Shown one piece after another: positions 46,808-60,742 of a stretch of 64,000 bases of DNA (the stretch's first letter is position 1; each line of letters opens with the position of its first letter). The stretch comes from Fistulifera solaris (lineage: Eukaryota), in contig AP026133.1 in the NCBI GenBank assembly GCA_030295235.1, positions 496,001-560,000 of the forward strand, read 5' to 3'. The notes below the pieces were generated by a model, which was not told the DNA's origin, searched no databases, and saw only the letters and a program-made list of their open reading frames with translations. The translations under genes and the position numbers were made by a program.

Positions 46808-47306
46808 TTACTTCTTGGCAGCGCGGCACTTCTGCCAGCAGGGCATATCGAAAAGATTGCACTCACCACATTCCCAGGGGTATTCCTTGCTACGAACGTT
46901 CATGTATTCCGGAAGCTCTCCTTCAAAACGATGAGGATGCTCATCAAAGAAGGCAGAGTAGAAGGCCGAGAGCAAGACAATAGGGATACCAACTACAAAG
47001 GTAAGGTTGACCCATCGCCACATTTCAGCTACTTCTTCTTCGATGGGGTGCTCATGGAGCTTGGAGAGTTCTTTCTGGTATTGTACGCGAGCACGGATCT
47101 GCTGAACAGCTTCGGCCTGCATAGCGGCTTCGCTGTCCAATTTAGGGACCATGACAATCGAGCGACGTTGGGTGGTAGCCCTTAGGGCGGGCATGCCACG
47201 GGCGGCAATCCGACTAGCGACACGGAGAGACTGTTTTGCATAAATCGATGAACGATGCGAAGTATAGAAAAGATGAAACAAGGTGAGATTAATGAAAAGG
47301 AATCAT
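46808..47306 (-). CDS. COX6A: Cytochrome c oxidase subunit 6A; first exon uncertain
   Basis: Mitochondrial presequence, W..LTFVVGIP TM, EHPH...PEYMNVRSKEYPW..C.LF. Confidence 0.85.
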
Positions 47307-47883
47307 GCTTGTATGATGTAATTCGCCGCGGAAGAGGTTCGCTTTTGACCATCAAATGCGACGCGCTCATATCCGACTTGTCGGCTTTGTTCGACCCAGA
47401 AAATCGAGTTGCGGTCGACACAACTACTTATTTATTGTTGATGAACACAACAACTCACCATGATCGAAAATGGAAATGTTATGATAAACCTAACAAAGTG
47501 TCTTTTCATGCGGTCGCTGCTTTCGCTGCTGCTGGCATCTTATTGTTTTCAGAGTGTTGACGTAAGGTTATACCGATACGACATGCAAAACTGAAAAAGT
47601 ATTCATAACCGGCCGTAACTCAGAACCATTTTCTTTTGTACAATGGAGTGCCGTACCGACAGATCCGTTAGATTCGAGCTGCACCTCGTCTGCGTGCCTT
47701 TTTCACCGCAGCAACAATCTTGTGAACGGAGTGTGGATCGAACTGTAGAATGGTTATCCGACCCAAACAAATGCCCGTTGAGAGAGGAGCAGCAGCTCAG
47801 CACGAGTTAACACCATTGCTTCCATTGTGATCGATATTGTCTTTATTTGATCATATTTATTTTAATCTCTTATTACTTGAAAC

Positions 47884-48493
47884 ATGTCGGAAGAAGACAA
47901 CTATTTCGCCATGCCTGCTGGAGACGATTTCGCTCAACCCGTGGATAATGATGGTGAAGCACCGATTATTTTAGGCGGTCCTCCGGAGGAAGATGCTGCT
48001 TTCGTCGGGGATGTTGATCAAGTCGGAGAAGAACCTCAATTTGAAGATAATGCTGTATTCTTGATGCCTTCTGGATCGGGGGGATTATATGGGTGGAGAA
48101 GAAATGCCGGCACCCGAGTCCAGCGCCTTGACGACTACGCCTTCCGCTATGCAAAAGTGGAACGAAGAGTGGCAGGAGACTTTAAAAGTGCGAAAGGAAG
48201 AAGAGAATGCCCGTAAGGCGGAATTGGTCGAGCAAGCGCGTATCGATCTAGAGAACTTCCGCGCGGAACGCGAACAAAAGCGTGAAGCTCGCATGGCCGC
48301 CAATCGAACGGAAGAGCAAGAGAAGTTGGAAGCCATTGAAGCTGATCTAGAAAACGATAACTCGTGGCAACGCGTCTGCAAGTTGGTCGATATGTCTCAT
48401 GACAACAAGACCGCAGCTGAGGATGTTAAGCGCATGCGCGATGTCATGATTTTGCTGAAGAACGAGCCTGCCCGAGCCACTACCTTGGTTTAA
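47884..48493 (+). CDS. Clathrin light chain
   Basis: Acidic N-terminus, AMQKWNEEW coiled coil, NSWQRVCKLVD, DVKRMRDVMILLK; one frameshift ~48075. Confidence 0.85.
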
Positions 48494-49348
48494 ATCATAC
48501 TAGACAAGAATGATTTTTCTTTATGTAAAAATTGTCTAGAGCAGGGTTGTAATGGATTGTTACAGATCATGATTATTCGTATCCTCTTTCATGACCCAGC
48601 TATGATATACTAATTGATACTGCGGAGTCATGATCACCTATGCTGATACAGGCCTTTAAACGCGTCCATTTATTCTTTGAATAGGCACTATTTACACCAC
48701 ATCCACTATTATTATTTCACACGGAGAACTGCAAAGTTTCGCTTTACTTTTAGGCGTGAAGTGGGCCGCCAGCAGAAAACGAACAATGCCTTCTTTTTCA
48801 TATCGGATTGATTTATCGAACTTCTCTAACATCGATCTCAAGTACAAAGAGGTTCGTCTGAAGCGACCTTCGACTCTCTGTAAATAGACGATTATAATGG
48901 CTTAGCCTTCCTATTCCTAGATCCTAGTGAGTCCGATTCATTCGTGACCCGTCTTCTCGTGGTCGTCTGTGCTGCGTACCGTGAGGAGGACGAGTTTTGC
49001 GCCTCTTTGTTGCCGCACAAGGCATACGTCAGATCCACTCGACTGTTTCACGTGGAAGTATGAAGAAAGACACGAGGACAAAAGAAATGGCAGGACGCGC
49101 CGACCGTCAACGTTGAAGTTTTCAACACGCCCTTCTCATTGCTTGTAACTTGTGATCCGATATTCTTTGGCACCCTTTACAAGAAGATTAATTTAGATTC
49201 AGCAATCCAATTTATTGTGCTTGAGGGGTCGTCGAAGCAGAAACAGTAGCAGCTCTATATTTGTCAAGTTGTCATCAAGAAAAGTGTGACACTTCAAAAG
49301 AGCCATCACCACATCTCAATAGACAAAAGAGCTCACAATTTTACAAAT

Positions 49349-52184
49349 ATGGCTGTTTTCAAAACTCCACAAACCCTGCTTTTTCTGACGGCTGCTTCGC
49401 TGATTGCCGGCACTGGCGCTATTCAACGACGACCGTTTTTGATCAGTGCGTCGTTGCCATCGAGAATCGGCACACTATTATCGGCTGACACGACACTATC
49501 TATGCGAGGAGGCTCAACCGGTACGTTTGTTAGTTTGACAGCTTCTTTCACGGGATACACATCTAAATTTGTGCTATTGTATTTTCTTTCAGCCGTCGAT
49601 GATGAAGATATTGAAACGGAGCAAAAGATATCCAAGAAAAAGAAAAAGAAGAAAGCAAAAACAGAAAAGAAAGCTGCATCGGTGAAAGCAAGTGAATCTG
49701 AAAAAGAAAAAAGACGTAGATTTGGCTACAGCTATTTTGGGTGGAAATGCACTACGTAACACCATGGGCGTTTTCTCGTATTCGAGCGATGAAGGCCACT
49801 CGGTTGTTGCGATGACCGAATCGGCCCTTTTGGAAATGGGTCTTTTCGAGGGCGACACAGTCTCGATCAAAGGAAAAAGGGGAAGGAAAACTGTAGCCAG
49901 TGTAGCGGCTATTGCGGAGTCAGATGCGGCAATGCTAGCCGACGGGGCGAGTCACGAAACTGCAAAATCGATTGGTATGTCTGCTGATGCTATGAAGAAT
50001 GCAGGAGTTCGGGCCGGCGATTCCGTTTCTGTCGTTCCTGCTCCTGATATCAAATTTGGAAAAGCTGTTTTCATTCTTCCGTATGCGGACTCGTTATCTT
50101 TAGCTGGTATCGATAATACGGAGGACGCAAATTTGTTCGAAGACTACATCAAGCCGTACTTCGAAGGCAAGTTCCGTGCCGTGCACAAAGGAGATTCGTT
50201 CACTATCAAAGGCCCCCTGGGGCAACTCGAATTTCAGTGCGTGGAAGTTGATTCGGTGGAAAAGGATGGCGACAGTGCTTGCGTAGTTGTCGATGATACT
50301 GTGATTGAGTGCGATGGCGAACCGTTGGACCGAGATGATATGTTTGATTTGGAGGGCGCAGGCTACGACATGATTGGTGGGGCAAGTAAGCACTTGGCGG
50401 CTGTTCGAGAGCTTGTCGAGCTTCCTTTGCGCCATCCAGAAATTTGGCGAAAATTAGGAATCAACCCACCTCGTGGTGTTCTTTTGACTGGACCATCTGG
50501 ATCTGGTAAGACAGCAATGGCTAGAGCTGTTGCAGCAGAAACTGGAGCATATTTCTTTGTTATCAACGGGCCAGAAGTTATTTCGAAGCGTGCCGGAGAG
50601 AGTGAAACCAACCTGAGACGCGCTTTCGAAGATGCTCAAGCTAATGCCGAAGACTACAATGGCGCAATTATCTTCATTGATGAAATCGACTCAATTGCTC
50701 CCAAGCGTGAACAGGCCGGTGGAGAAGTCGAAAAGCGCATCGTATCTCAACTTCTGACGTTGATGGATGGTTTGAAACCTACGGCGAAAGTAGTTGTCAT
50801 CGCGGCAACGAATCGTCCCACCGTTCTTGAATCCGCTCTTCGACGACCTGGTCGTTTCGACCGTGAGCTCGACATGGGAATTCCCGATGAGCAAGGTCGC
50901 TTGGAAATCTTGCAGATTAAGACTCATGACATGCGACTAGGCAAAGATGTTGACTTGGAGCTCCTCGCGCGAAATACTCACGGTTTTGTGGGTGCCGATC
51001 TTCAGCAACTGTGCATGGAAGCTGCTTTGGAATGCATCCGTGCAAAGATGGGTTTGATCGATTTTGATAAAGATCGGGTCGACAAGAAAATTCTAGACAG
51101 CATCATCGTCGAAGAGAAACATTTTGATCATGCCATGGGAATCGTTTCGCCGTCTTCGCTTCGTGAAAATCAGGTGGAAGTTCCTGATGTTCATTGGGAA
51201 GATGTTGGCGGTTTGGAGGATGTGAAACGCGAACTGCACGAAACAGTTCAGTATCCCGTTGAACACGCAGAGAAGTATGTTAAGTTTGGAATGAGTCCCA
51301 GCAAAGGTGTATTGTTCTATGGACCACCTGGTTGCGGTAAAACGCTCCTCGCCAAGGCCATCGCCAACGAATGTGGTGCTAACTTTATTAGTATCAAAGG
51401 ACCCGAACTTCTTACCCAATGGTTCGGAGAAAGTGAAGCCAATGTTCGTGAACTGTTCGACAAAGCTCGCGCAGCCAGCCCATGTATCCTCATGTTCGAC
51501 GAGATGGACTCGATCGCCAAGGCCCGTGGTAGTGGAGGTGCTGGAAGTAGCGAAGCGGGGGATCGTGTCATCAACCAAATTCTTACCGAGATCGATGGTG
51601 TCGGAGCCCGAAAAAACGTATTTGTGATTGGTGCAACTAATAGGCCTGACATTCTCGACCCGGCAGTTATTCGTCCCGGTCGTCTCGATCAACTCATTTA
51701 CATCCCGTTGCCCGACTTGAAAAGTCGTATCGCAATCTTTAAGGCGCAACTTCGCAAAGCACCATTAGATCCAGAAGTCGACATTGAAGTACTAGCCAGA
51801 TCTACTCATGGCTTTAGTGGAGCTGATATATCCGAAATCTGCACAACAGCCTCCAAGCTGGCTATCCGAGAGGCTATTCTCAAAGTTGAAGATCGCAAAC
51901 AAAAGGTTGAAGATGGAGAGATAGAAGACGACGGCTCCGTCGATGCAGAAAGTGAAATTGGTGGGTCTATGCTGATCACAAAGCGTCATTTCAACTTTGC
52001 TATGAGTCGGGCAAGACGCAGTGTGACTGAGAAAGACCTGATTCTATTCGAAGAATTTGCAGAGAAGCAAAAGGCCGGTAGAGGGGAGGCAGCTAACAAT
52101 TTTAAGTTTGGTAGCTCCTCATCGTCTAAGGATGGTGCATCCGGTGAAAGCGCTTCAAATGACGAAGAAGATTTTTACTCTTAA
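49349..52184 (+). CDS. CDC48: CDC48/p97 AAA+ ATPase with N-terminal signal peptide (probable periplastid/SELMA sCdc48)
   Basis: Two AAA modules (GPSGSGKT, FIDEID; GPPGCGKT, FDEMD; RPGRFDR/RPGRLDQ). Leader LLFLTAASLIAGTGA..MRGG; intron 49521-49592; frameshift in an A run ~49705. Confidence 0.92.
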
Positions 52185-52491
52185 AAATAAAACCATTTAC
52201 AATTTGATTATACTCAGACTAGCTGCTCAGTATACTTTATTATGGCGTTTGACTATTAGGTGCCGTACCTTTGTCAAAGGCAGAAAATGCTGAGCGCGAA
52301 GCTAAGGCTGCCTAGAAACACTGCGACATCGTATGAGAAGTACTAGCGGTGCGACTTTACTGAAAGATTCGATGCGACGTCGATTTCAATTTCGCCGGAA
52401 AATATCATCTGCAACGGACCTCTTTCGATTTATTTTCATTCTTTTGAAGTCCTGTTGCCTAAGCACGTTAAGTATTCAAGAGATCTTCACC

Positions 52492-54191
52492 ATGGCGGCC
52501 CTCGAACCTTGGATCATAGCTATTTGTGTATTGGGAGGAACCGTGTTCCTCTATTTGATTCTTAAAGTATTCCTGACTTCGTGGGCGGCGAACGAGTACG
52601 TCCGCATCAAGAATAGTTTGAATTCTTCTTGTGATATTGATGCGTTCGTCGGTCCCAAAAACCCGGTTAGTCCTTTGAAGGTTGTTTTAGCTCATAAGTT
52701 TCAGTTGGGCAGTCGACAACCATCGCAAGACGCAATTCCCCTCGAACTCGTCGATTCGCTGCACGTGCCGGTACGTAGAAAAGGCGAAACGCTGAAAAGT
52801 TCGCATTAGATAAAAGCTCAATGCTCTGTCATTTGACGTATTTAGGGTCTCAAAGTCAGTCGCAAAGCTGGTTCACCAAAGAGCGATAACGATGGAAACG
52901 TGATGCTTTTGGACGAGTTTCTAGCGGAACACAGCAAAAGCGACAAGAAACCAATCGTGATTGCTACGATTCGAATGGGCTTTGGTCATCATCGAATCGC
53001 CTATTCGGCGGCGTCTTGGGCAATTAAAAGGGACATCCGACGATCTTTCACGATCTCCTTAACATTCACTCTGCCGAAGCGGACCTTATCAAAGAAACGG
53101 ACGAACTTTACAGCAAGTTTTCGCGATATGCTTCTGAATTAGGAGGACCTATTGAGAAACTTTGGGGAAGTGCTATGCTTTCTGGTAACGCCGATGCTCT
53201 CCGGATCGCTTCCTTGACGGCGGCTCATTTGAAACCACTGCTACTAAGCTACCCAAAAGATGTGCTCATGATTACCTCCCATCAATTAACGGCACTCACT
53301 GCATCGGCCGCAGGTTTCACCAATGTGCACAACTTAGTGGTAGACAATCATCCGCAATGGTTCTTGACTGTACCGAACACTAAGAACTTATGTCAAGGTC
53401 CGGTCAACTATCAAAGTTTCCTGAAGATGGGAGTCAAGCCAAGCGAATTGGCGTGTGCAGGGCATTGGTGCCCAGCGGACATGGTCGATAACATCAATGA
53501 AGATTGCCAACGTCGTATTCAGAGAGCTCAAGCACGTGTGCAGAACTCTACTAAAAAGCCACTGCGGATTCTTATTCCTGTGGGTGGAGCAGGAGCTCAG
53601 CGCAAGTTTATTGTGAGCTTTATCAAGGTTCTGTCACCGTATGTCAAAACCGGCAAAATTCAATTGTTCTTGAACGCGGGAGATCATGTGCACATGAAAC
53701 AGGCATTTCTGGAAGTACTAGATCAATGTGGGTTGGAGTTCGACACGGTCAATGATACTGCGGGCGTCTTCGCTTTCCAGAACAAGATGTTGGATCCAAA
53801 CAATGAGCCCACGAAGGGCATTACGTTGTTCTCGTTTGAGGAATATTTCCCGGCCGTCGCAACTACCGACATTTTGTGTCGTGTAACGGACTTACTCTCT
53901 TGCAAGCCATCTGAGATGGCCTTCTACTGCGTTCCCAAGCTTCACATTCGTCGCGTAGGAGACCATGAAGCGGATTCGGCGTGCCGCTCTTCGGAGTTGG
54001 GCGATGGTACTGTGGAAGCTCGTGAGCTTGAGGATGCCCGCGAGTTTATTGATTTGTTCTTGGACACACCAGACCTGATTACGAGCATGAATCAAAGTAT
54101 CATGGATAACAACAAGAATGGTATCTACAGCGGCTGCAAGAACGCAGTGACGATGGCAGCTGCTATCAAGAAAAAACAATTAATTAGATAG
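52492..54191 (+). CDS. GT-B fold glycosyltransferase-like protein (GT28/MGDG-synthase-like motifs) with N-terminal TM
   Basis: IATIRMGFGHHRIA, ILIPVGGAGAQ, DLLSCKPSE, RRVGDHE; intron 52771-52845; frameshift ~53025. Confidence 0.65.
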
Positions 54192-54286
54192 TCCGCTTAG
54201 TTTACATTTGAAACATGTACCTGAGATAAACTTGACATAATTTGCAGTGCGCAGCGAATTCCAGCCCGTCAAAACGAAAGTAATTT

Positions 54287-56330
54287 CTACCAATCACCAC
54301 CACCAGCAAGTACATCTTTATGGCTACCAGCTACACGACGTGCGTCTTTGTCAATCTTGGGACAGTCAACAATTGTATGACCTAGACCTCCACAGAAAGA
54401 ACAACCGGCTCCTCCGTTCTTGTCACGCGGATCTTCTAAAATTTCCAATACTGGTGGAATTCTTTGCTTTGCTTCTCTCAGCAGTGCCTTTAAGTCTAAA
54501 AGGGTTGTCTCTTCGCAAGTCTTGTTGATGAAAGTAGTTGCAACTCCTGTTTTCCCAGCTCGTCCAGTACGCCCGATGCGATGCACGTAATTTTCAATTT
54601 CGGCGGGCATATCAAAATTGATTACGTGCTGGATAGCAGGGAAATCCAAACCTTTCGCGGCAACGTCCGTTGCTATGAGGACATCCTTCTTCCCTTCTTT
54701 AAACAATTTGATGGCTTCGTTACGTTCTTCCTGATCTTTTCCACCATGAATGCTAACGGCTTCGACACCTTTCAAAAGCAAGTACTCATGTATGTCGTCT
54801 GCTGCACCTTTTCTCTCGCAAAGATTATGACAGGCGGAGCCGTCTTCTGCAAGCAATGCAATAAATACACAATTTTAGCCTCGTCCTTGACATATTCGAC
54901 TTCCTGAATTACATCGAGATTTGCTGCTCCAGCACGCCCAACGTTGACTACAATCGGTTTCACCAGAGTTTGTCTTGCGAAATCTTGAAACTTTTTGGGA
55001 AATGTGGCAGAGAAGAGGAGAGTCTGCTTTTGATTTGGGAAGAAGTTCATAATTTCGCCGACCTCTTCGTCGAATCCCATGTCAAGCATTCGGTCGGCTT
55101 CATCCAAGCAAATGTATCGACAAATGGTCAAATGCATAGCACGTCGTTTCAATATGTCTCGCAATCTTCCCGGTGTCGCAACAATCCCATGCACTCCTTG
55201 CTGTTGAACAATCTTTACCTGATCGCGCACCGATTCACCTCCGATAAGAAGTTGAGTACGTAGTTCAGGGTATCCTGCAGTCGAGCTGATTTTCTGGCAG
55301 AAATCGCTCACCAAATCGAAGGTTTGGCGCGCTAATTCGCGAGAAGGGGCGAGGATAATACCAACGGGCCCCTCACCTGCAATAAGTGGCATCCGCAACT
55401 CTTCCTCCAAAGATGCCATGACCAGCGGTAGAGAGAAAGCCAGAGTTTTTCCAGAGCCCGTGAAAGCAATTCCAATCATATCGCGGCCTGCCAGTGCAAC
55501 CGGTAGTCCTTGAATCTGGATTGGAGTTGGTCGCATGATGCCTTTTTCGTGTAAACAATCCATGACGGGCTTCGGAAATTTCATATCTACAAATCGCTTC
55601 AAAGGTGGAGGAATATCACTGCCCTGTATTTGCATGTGCCATTCTTTTCGGATCTTATCCCAGCTCTCCTCTCCTTGCTCCATGATATACCTCGGCGGTC
55701 GCCAAGAAGTTGGCATCGGGTCCTTGTACACGACTCCGTGTGCCACGTCCCGAGCGGCTTGTAAAGCATTCGTTTGGACTTGCGAAGCCTCGCGCAGAAT
55801 CCGAGCTTCTTCTTCGTCACGAGCTAATTCGGCCCTTTCGGAGGCCGTCATCGATTGATGCAAAGCAGCTGCCTTATCCAGGAGCGATTCTACATTGGCT
55901 GCGTCTGGTCCGTCATCTGCTTCATTTTCGTCGCTCTGTAATTCGTTCTTTCTATCATCATCATGCTTATCGCGATTGCTCGTAATTTCATCCTCGCCAT
56001 GACCGTTGCTGGTATCCGTTAAGCGGAGAACAGAACCCCTAAATTCATTGCTTCTAAGGCCTGTTTCCTTCTTTGTGCCAAGATCTTCCTTCTTTGCGTT
56101 TTGTCTTCTTCATCTAGTCCGTCATCAACAATATCCTGCAGTAAAATACGCTCTTGCTCGATTCGTCGTCGTTTCGCTGCTGTAGTAACATCCCCTGCAT
56201 CCGCTGTTGTTGCTAGGAGATCGTTTGACGAAGCATGTGTTTCTTCGGTTTGCCTGCGTCGCGCTTCGCGTTTCTTTTTCCATTGTTCTAGTTGCTTTTG
56301 TCTTTCGTCGTCGAGTTCCTCAGTTCCCAT
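54287..56330 (-). CDS. DDX41: DEAD-box RNA helicase DDX41/abstrakt
   Basis: [43 protein letters not shown] and C-terminal [16 protein letters not shown] knuckle; frameshifts. Confidence 0.95.
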
Positions 56331-56640
56331 TATGCTTTAGTTTGTAGGAAGAGATGATTTCGTTAAACACAGATGTGAATAATGGCAATGGGCCCTCATC
56401 GCGTTGCAGTATGATTTACTGCGGGTATTGAATCATGACTGAAAATCAGTCGTACTACATTTCCGGCTAGACAGTTCTGGTCTACATTGAATCTAAAGCT
56501 AAAGATCACTAGTATTATTTGACGAACGCCATCCCAACCTGACTTGGTAGTGTCTTTACTATCAGGGATCCAACCAATGAGTTCGTCATTAGGTATAAAC
56601 AGTGAAAAATAGACTTCACTGTTTTGATCATACATAACAC

Positions 56641-56934
<294 letters not shown>

Positions 56935-57519
56935 TAACTTTTGACAAAGTCCACAAACTCTATACAATGTTCAGACCTCCATTTCGGTCAACATTGATCA
57001 TTGGCATCGCACATCACGCACCACTTAGTCAAAAGCGTCAGCGACAAACATGAAAACCGCCCAAACTGGAATAAGAACACGCACAGTCAAGTGGAAAAGA
57101 CTGAGTTCATGGCGATCCAAAGGGCGTGCTCCTTCTTGGGCAATTTGGCATCTTCGACACGTTTGACCACGTCCTCTAAAGTGCTGTTTAGGTAGCCTCT
57201 GGCCGCCAAGTCGAACAGCGAGATCATCAATGTTCTGCAGAAAAAGTGCGCCCGTGGATTGCGTTTTGCTGTTACCAGATTCAAAAACACCAGCCTACGC
57301 TCTCCCTCGGTTGTACAGTTGATTCAACACTCAATTCGTTTTTCTTTCTATTGTTGACTGACGCTGTTTTGGTGCCTTGGATATTTGGCAAAAGCCCTGA
57401 CATGTCTATTGACTACAGATGACATACCAGATTCACACTTATTGCGTTGAGGTAGATCAAACATTTATTGCTCCTGTTAACAATATGGGGTCGGGCACTA
57501 TGACAGCATGGTAGCCGAA

Positions 57520-58246
57520 TCATATAATCCCGCGAGCCACAATAAGGGGCCCGAACCTCGCGTGCGGGCTCATCTTTGAAATTCACTTTCTCGAAACACG
57601 AATCGCACAGATAATCCATCATTCTCGGGCAGATAAATAGCAGGATACACAGCTCCACAAAACCTATTCACCGCTAAATCGTGCAGCGGCTCCCCATTCA
57701 ATACAAATTGAACCATAGGCAAATCCGATTGCTGTACTGCAATTCCAACGACATCTCCATTTTTTACTTTGATGCTTCTCATTAGTGAAGTACCTTTGGC
57801 ATCAGCCGAATCTGAAGCGGGCAATTCAGCGACAGTAACACCAACGAGCAGCTTTTCAGTAACCCTTTCTCAAAAACTCACCTTGTTCTTCCATGGCACG
57901 GTAAAATTGCTGATCTTTTTTCGTTGCCACGCCAAAACTCACTTCTTGTGACATGCCCGGGTCGTGATATATATGAGCCTCCCAATACGCAGCATCTTGT
58001 TCAACGGCAACACCGACTAATCCTAAGCCATAGCCCGACATCTTGTGTTGTTTGAGATATTATGTTTTCATTTATTAAAGAAATTCACAGCGCTCTTACC
58101 TTGCAATCATCTTGAACGTCCACCGACGGAGCCGACATGACGCGTGAAATGCTGAGCGACTTTTCATTTGTAGCTTTCTGCTCTTTCATTTCGGTTTCGG
58201 AAACCACCGCCGAAGCGTCTTCGCAGCAAGAACAACAAGCTCCCAT
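57520..58246 (-). CDS. SPRY-domain protein (SPRYD7-like), N-acylation motif
   Basis: MGACCSCC N-terminus; VEQDAAYWEAH, FGVATKK, GDVVGIAVQQSDLPMVQFVLNG, VYPAIYL; two introns; ends PHARFGPLIVARGII* after a frameshift. Confidence 0.75.
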
Positions 58247-58722
58247 ATTTTGGGTCAACAGAATCAAAACCAGGAAAGAAAACCAACAAAAGATATATCT
58301 GGGTTGAGATTGAAAGACGACAAATGATGCGCATTCATGGTCGTTGTTTTGGATTTTGGGTACCAGGTACGCAAATTTTACTTTCTAGATAAAAGTAGAC
58401 ACCCTTTTGTACTCAATGACTCACCATGATCCAGTCCCGGAACCTTCTGAAAAAGGTCCCAATACCTAATACATACTAGCAGACCCAGGTCTACCAGTAT
58501 TCTTAATCTACGTAACAACCCCGAAGGACTCAAGTACAAATAATACTCCTGTTTCCGCAAAGCCTTGTCTAACAGGCTTGCTTTGATGGCAGATCTTTAA
58601 ACATCTCTAATTAAGATCGTAAGTTATTTGCCGAATCAACTTTGTTGCACGATTGCGGCGCCACAATTGAAGAAGCATGATTCAGGCTTAGTCTACCGAC
58701 ACTTGATAATCAATTGTTTTAA

Positions 58723-60296
58723 TCATTCACTAGAGCCTAGAGAGATCTCAGGCATATCAACACTCGGCACTGGGTCACATAGAACATTCGTGACGGTGTC
58801 GGGCCGCCTCGGGTATTGTTTATACCGATGTTTGGATCCCGGTGGTTGCAATAGCAAGTACTGATAACGAAATTCAATCTGCTGCAAGTGTGCAATGAAT
58901 CGACAGAGTCCTTTTCCGAAGTGTCGCATGCGCCGTTCCCGATTTGTGGGCTCGAGCCGAGCCCAATCCGAGAATGCTCTTTCCCATCGTGCGGTGGGAT
59001 ATCTACTGGACATGTCTTGAATGTATGTTTCGCGATCACCCAGCACATATTTATGCGGTACTATATCTTTCTTGGAAGATAAATAAGCCAGTAAATCTAC
59101 TTTGGTGCCATTGGTGAATGTTCCCGTCAAGTACAGATTTTCCGCCGATTCGGAAACTTGACTAAACATTACCCAGTTTTGATTCAAACGCACCCCTTCG
59201 CCTATATCCCCTTTGTCATGCTGATGAATCCATCCGCGCATTCCCATGAAGTTGTATATCATGTAGCCAAAGAAAAAGTATTGAATGAATCGAGAAACTG
59301 GATTCGGAGGCGGACGTGTCTTGGTGATTACTACGCAGGCAGAGTCACCATCCGTCTTCTTGTACATGTCCGTGTCGGACGGCACGCCCCAAAATGATGT
59401 CGGGATCCAGACTAATTGTGTCACAATACCGAGCCACTGCCAATTGGGCAATCGAACCGTACAAAGTAGCCCCACATGTAGCGAGGAAATAACTAGCCCG
59501 TACCAATGTCGACGCTTCCCACCCATCCAAGCCAAGAACGGCAGAAAGGACTCAGTTATCATGGCTGACGCTGTCATAGCTCGAGTGACTGTAGAATTTT
59601 GCCGCAAATATTCGGTGAGCGCGTTGTGTCGTCGTGCAAAACAGCCATTCATGACGTAATGAACCGCGGAGAGATCGGGTGGCATCCACTGCGAGTGCTT
59701 CCAATCAGCAATCGAGTCAAAGCGATCGAGAGTGCGATGCATGACAGTCCCCCAATACATGAATAGTATTTGAGTCGTCAATGCTAAGCACGCAAGTCGT
59801 GTCACGGCGACTGAATGCGCTGGGCGCATTGAAGAAAGTAGCAGGCGATCGATGCTCCAAACATCCGCCAAGGGCAAGAAAATGGACCAAAACAAGAGAT
59901 GTCGGCAAAAGAGTCACTTCCGTCATGATTGAGCATATTCCTATTTTGATAGGATACGACCAGAAGAAATAGTGGTAGTTTGGTTATCAATGCTTGCAAC
60001 GGAGTCGTCTGAAAGAATCCTATCGCAAACATTGCAGCCAATACAGCAGTAATACCAAATAACGTGCATTGCAACTGGGAACTGCCCCGATAAAACCACA
60101 ACTGATGTAACGGAGCCCCGTGAGGAGTATCGGTGCGGGCAAGGAAAGATGTTGGCTCATCGCTCGTGTACCAGGCAATGTCGAGTCGCCCCAGTGAAAG
60201 ACGTGAACCGATATCATATAACAAGTAAACGCCCAAACCGATCCGGAATAAAGCCAGCGATCTTACATCCAGTGAAATCGGACTGTCTTCTTTCAT
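58723..60296 (-). CDS. HTTM-domain membrane protein
   Basis: LDVRSLALFRIGLG, QNRNMLNHDGSD, FWSIFLPL, SLHVG, LNQNWVMFS, ARWER; frameshift ~59905. Confidence 0.85.
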
Positions 60297-60484
60297 GTGT
60301 GGTATATGGCTTGTTTAGAACGGACTTTCCCTGCAATAAACTGATAGTTGCGATTTGCGATGATTGCGAAATCGAAAAATGCGATCTTTGATTTTCCTTT
60401 TCGCGTTTCGCGTCCTCGTTCACGAAAGATAACATGATCGAGAAACGAATGCATGTGCGGGCGTCTGGCAGACGTACATTTCCG

Positions 60485-60742
60485 AGACCACGACTGCCCT
60501 TTCAGTCACGATTCAATCGGCGAGAACGAATGAAACGGTGACAAGCAGGGCCGTAAATATTAGCGCGAAAGGCATAATTGAAACGAAAGTTGAGATGGGT
60601 GTCAATTTGAGTTATTGATATTATTTTAATGCACCATTTTGTGATTTACGCCAACGAAAAGCTTCCGGCTCGTTGAGTGCCTTGTCACTATAGGATAAAT
60701 GTGTTGGTTCACCTAGACCACGACTGCCTTTTTCAGTCACGA
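60485..60742. repeat. 27-28-bp direct repeat pair in divergent promoter
   Basis: agaccacgactgccctttcagtcacga (60485) and agaccacgactgcctttttcagtcacga (60715). Confidence 0.8.

Noticed and set aside
48500..49340. Possible ncRNA in the long intergenic gap before CDC48
   Set aside because: No tRNA, snRNA or snoRNA hallmark could be recognised by eye.
57087..57403. Possible small minus-strand gene (MSGLLPNIQG... / ...LFDLAARGYL...)
   Set aside because: It needs a frameshift and has no recognisable domain; too weak to call.
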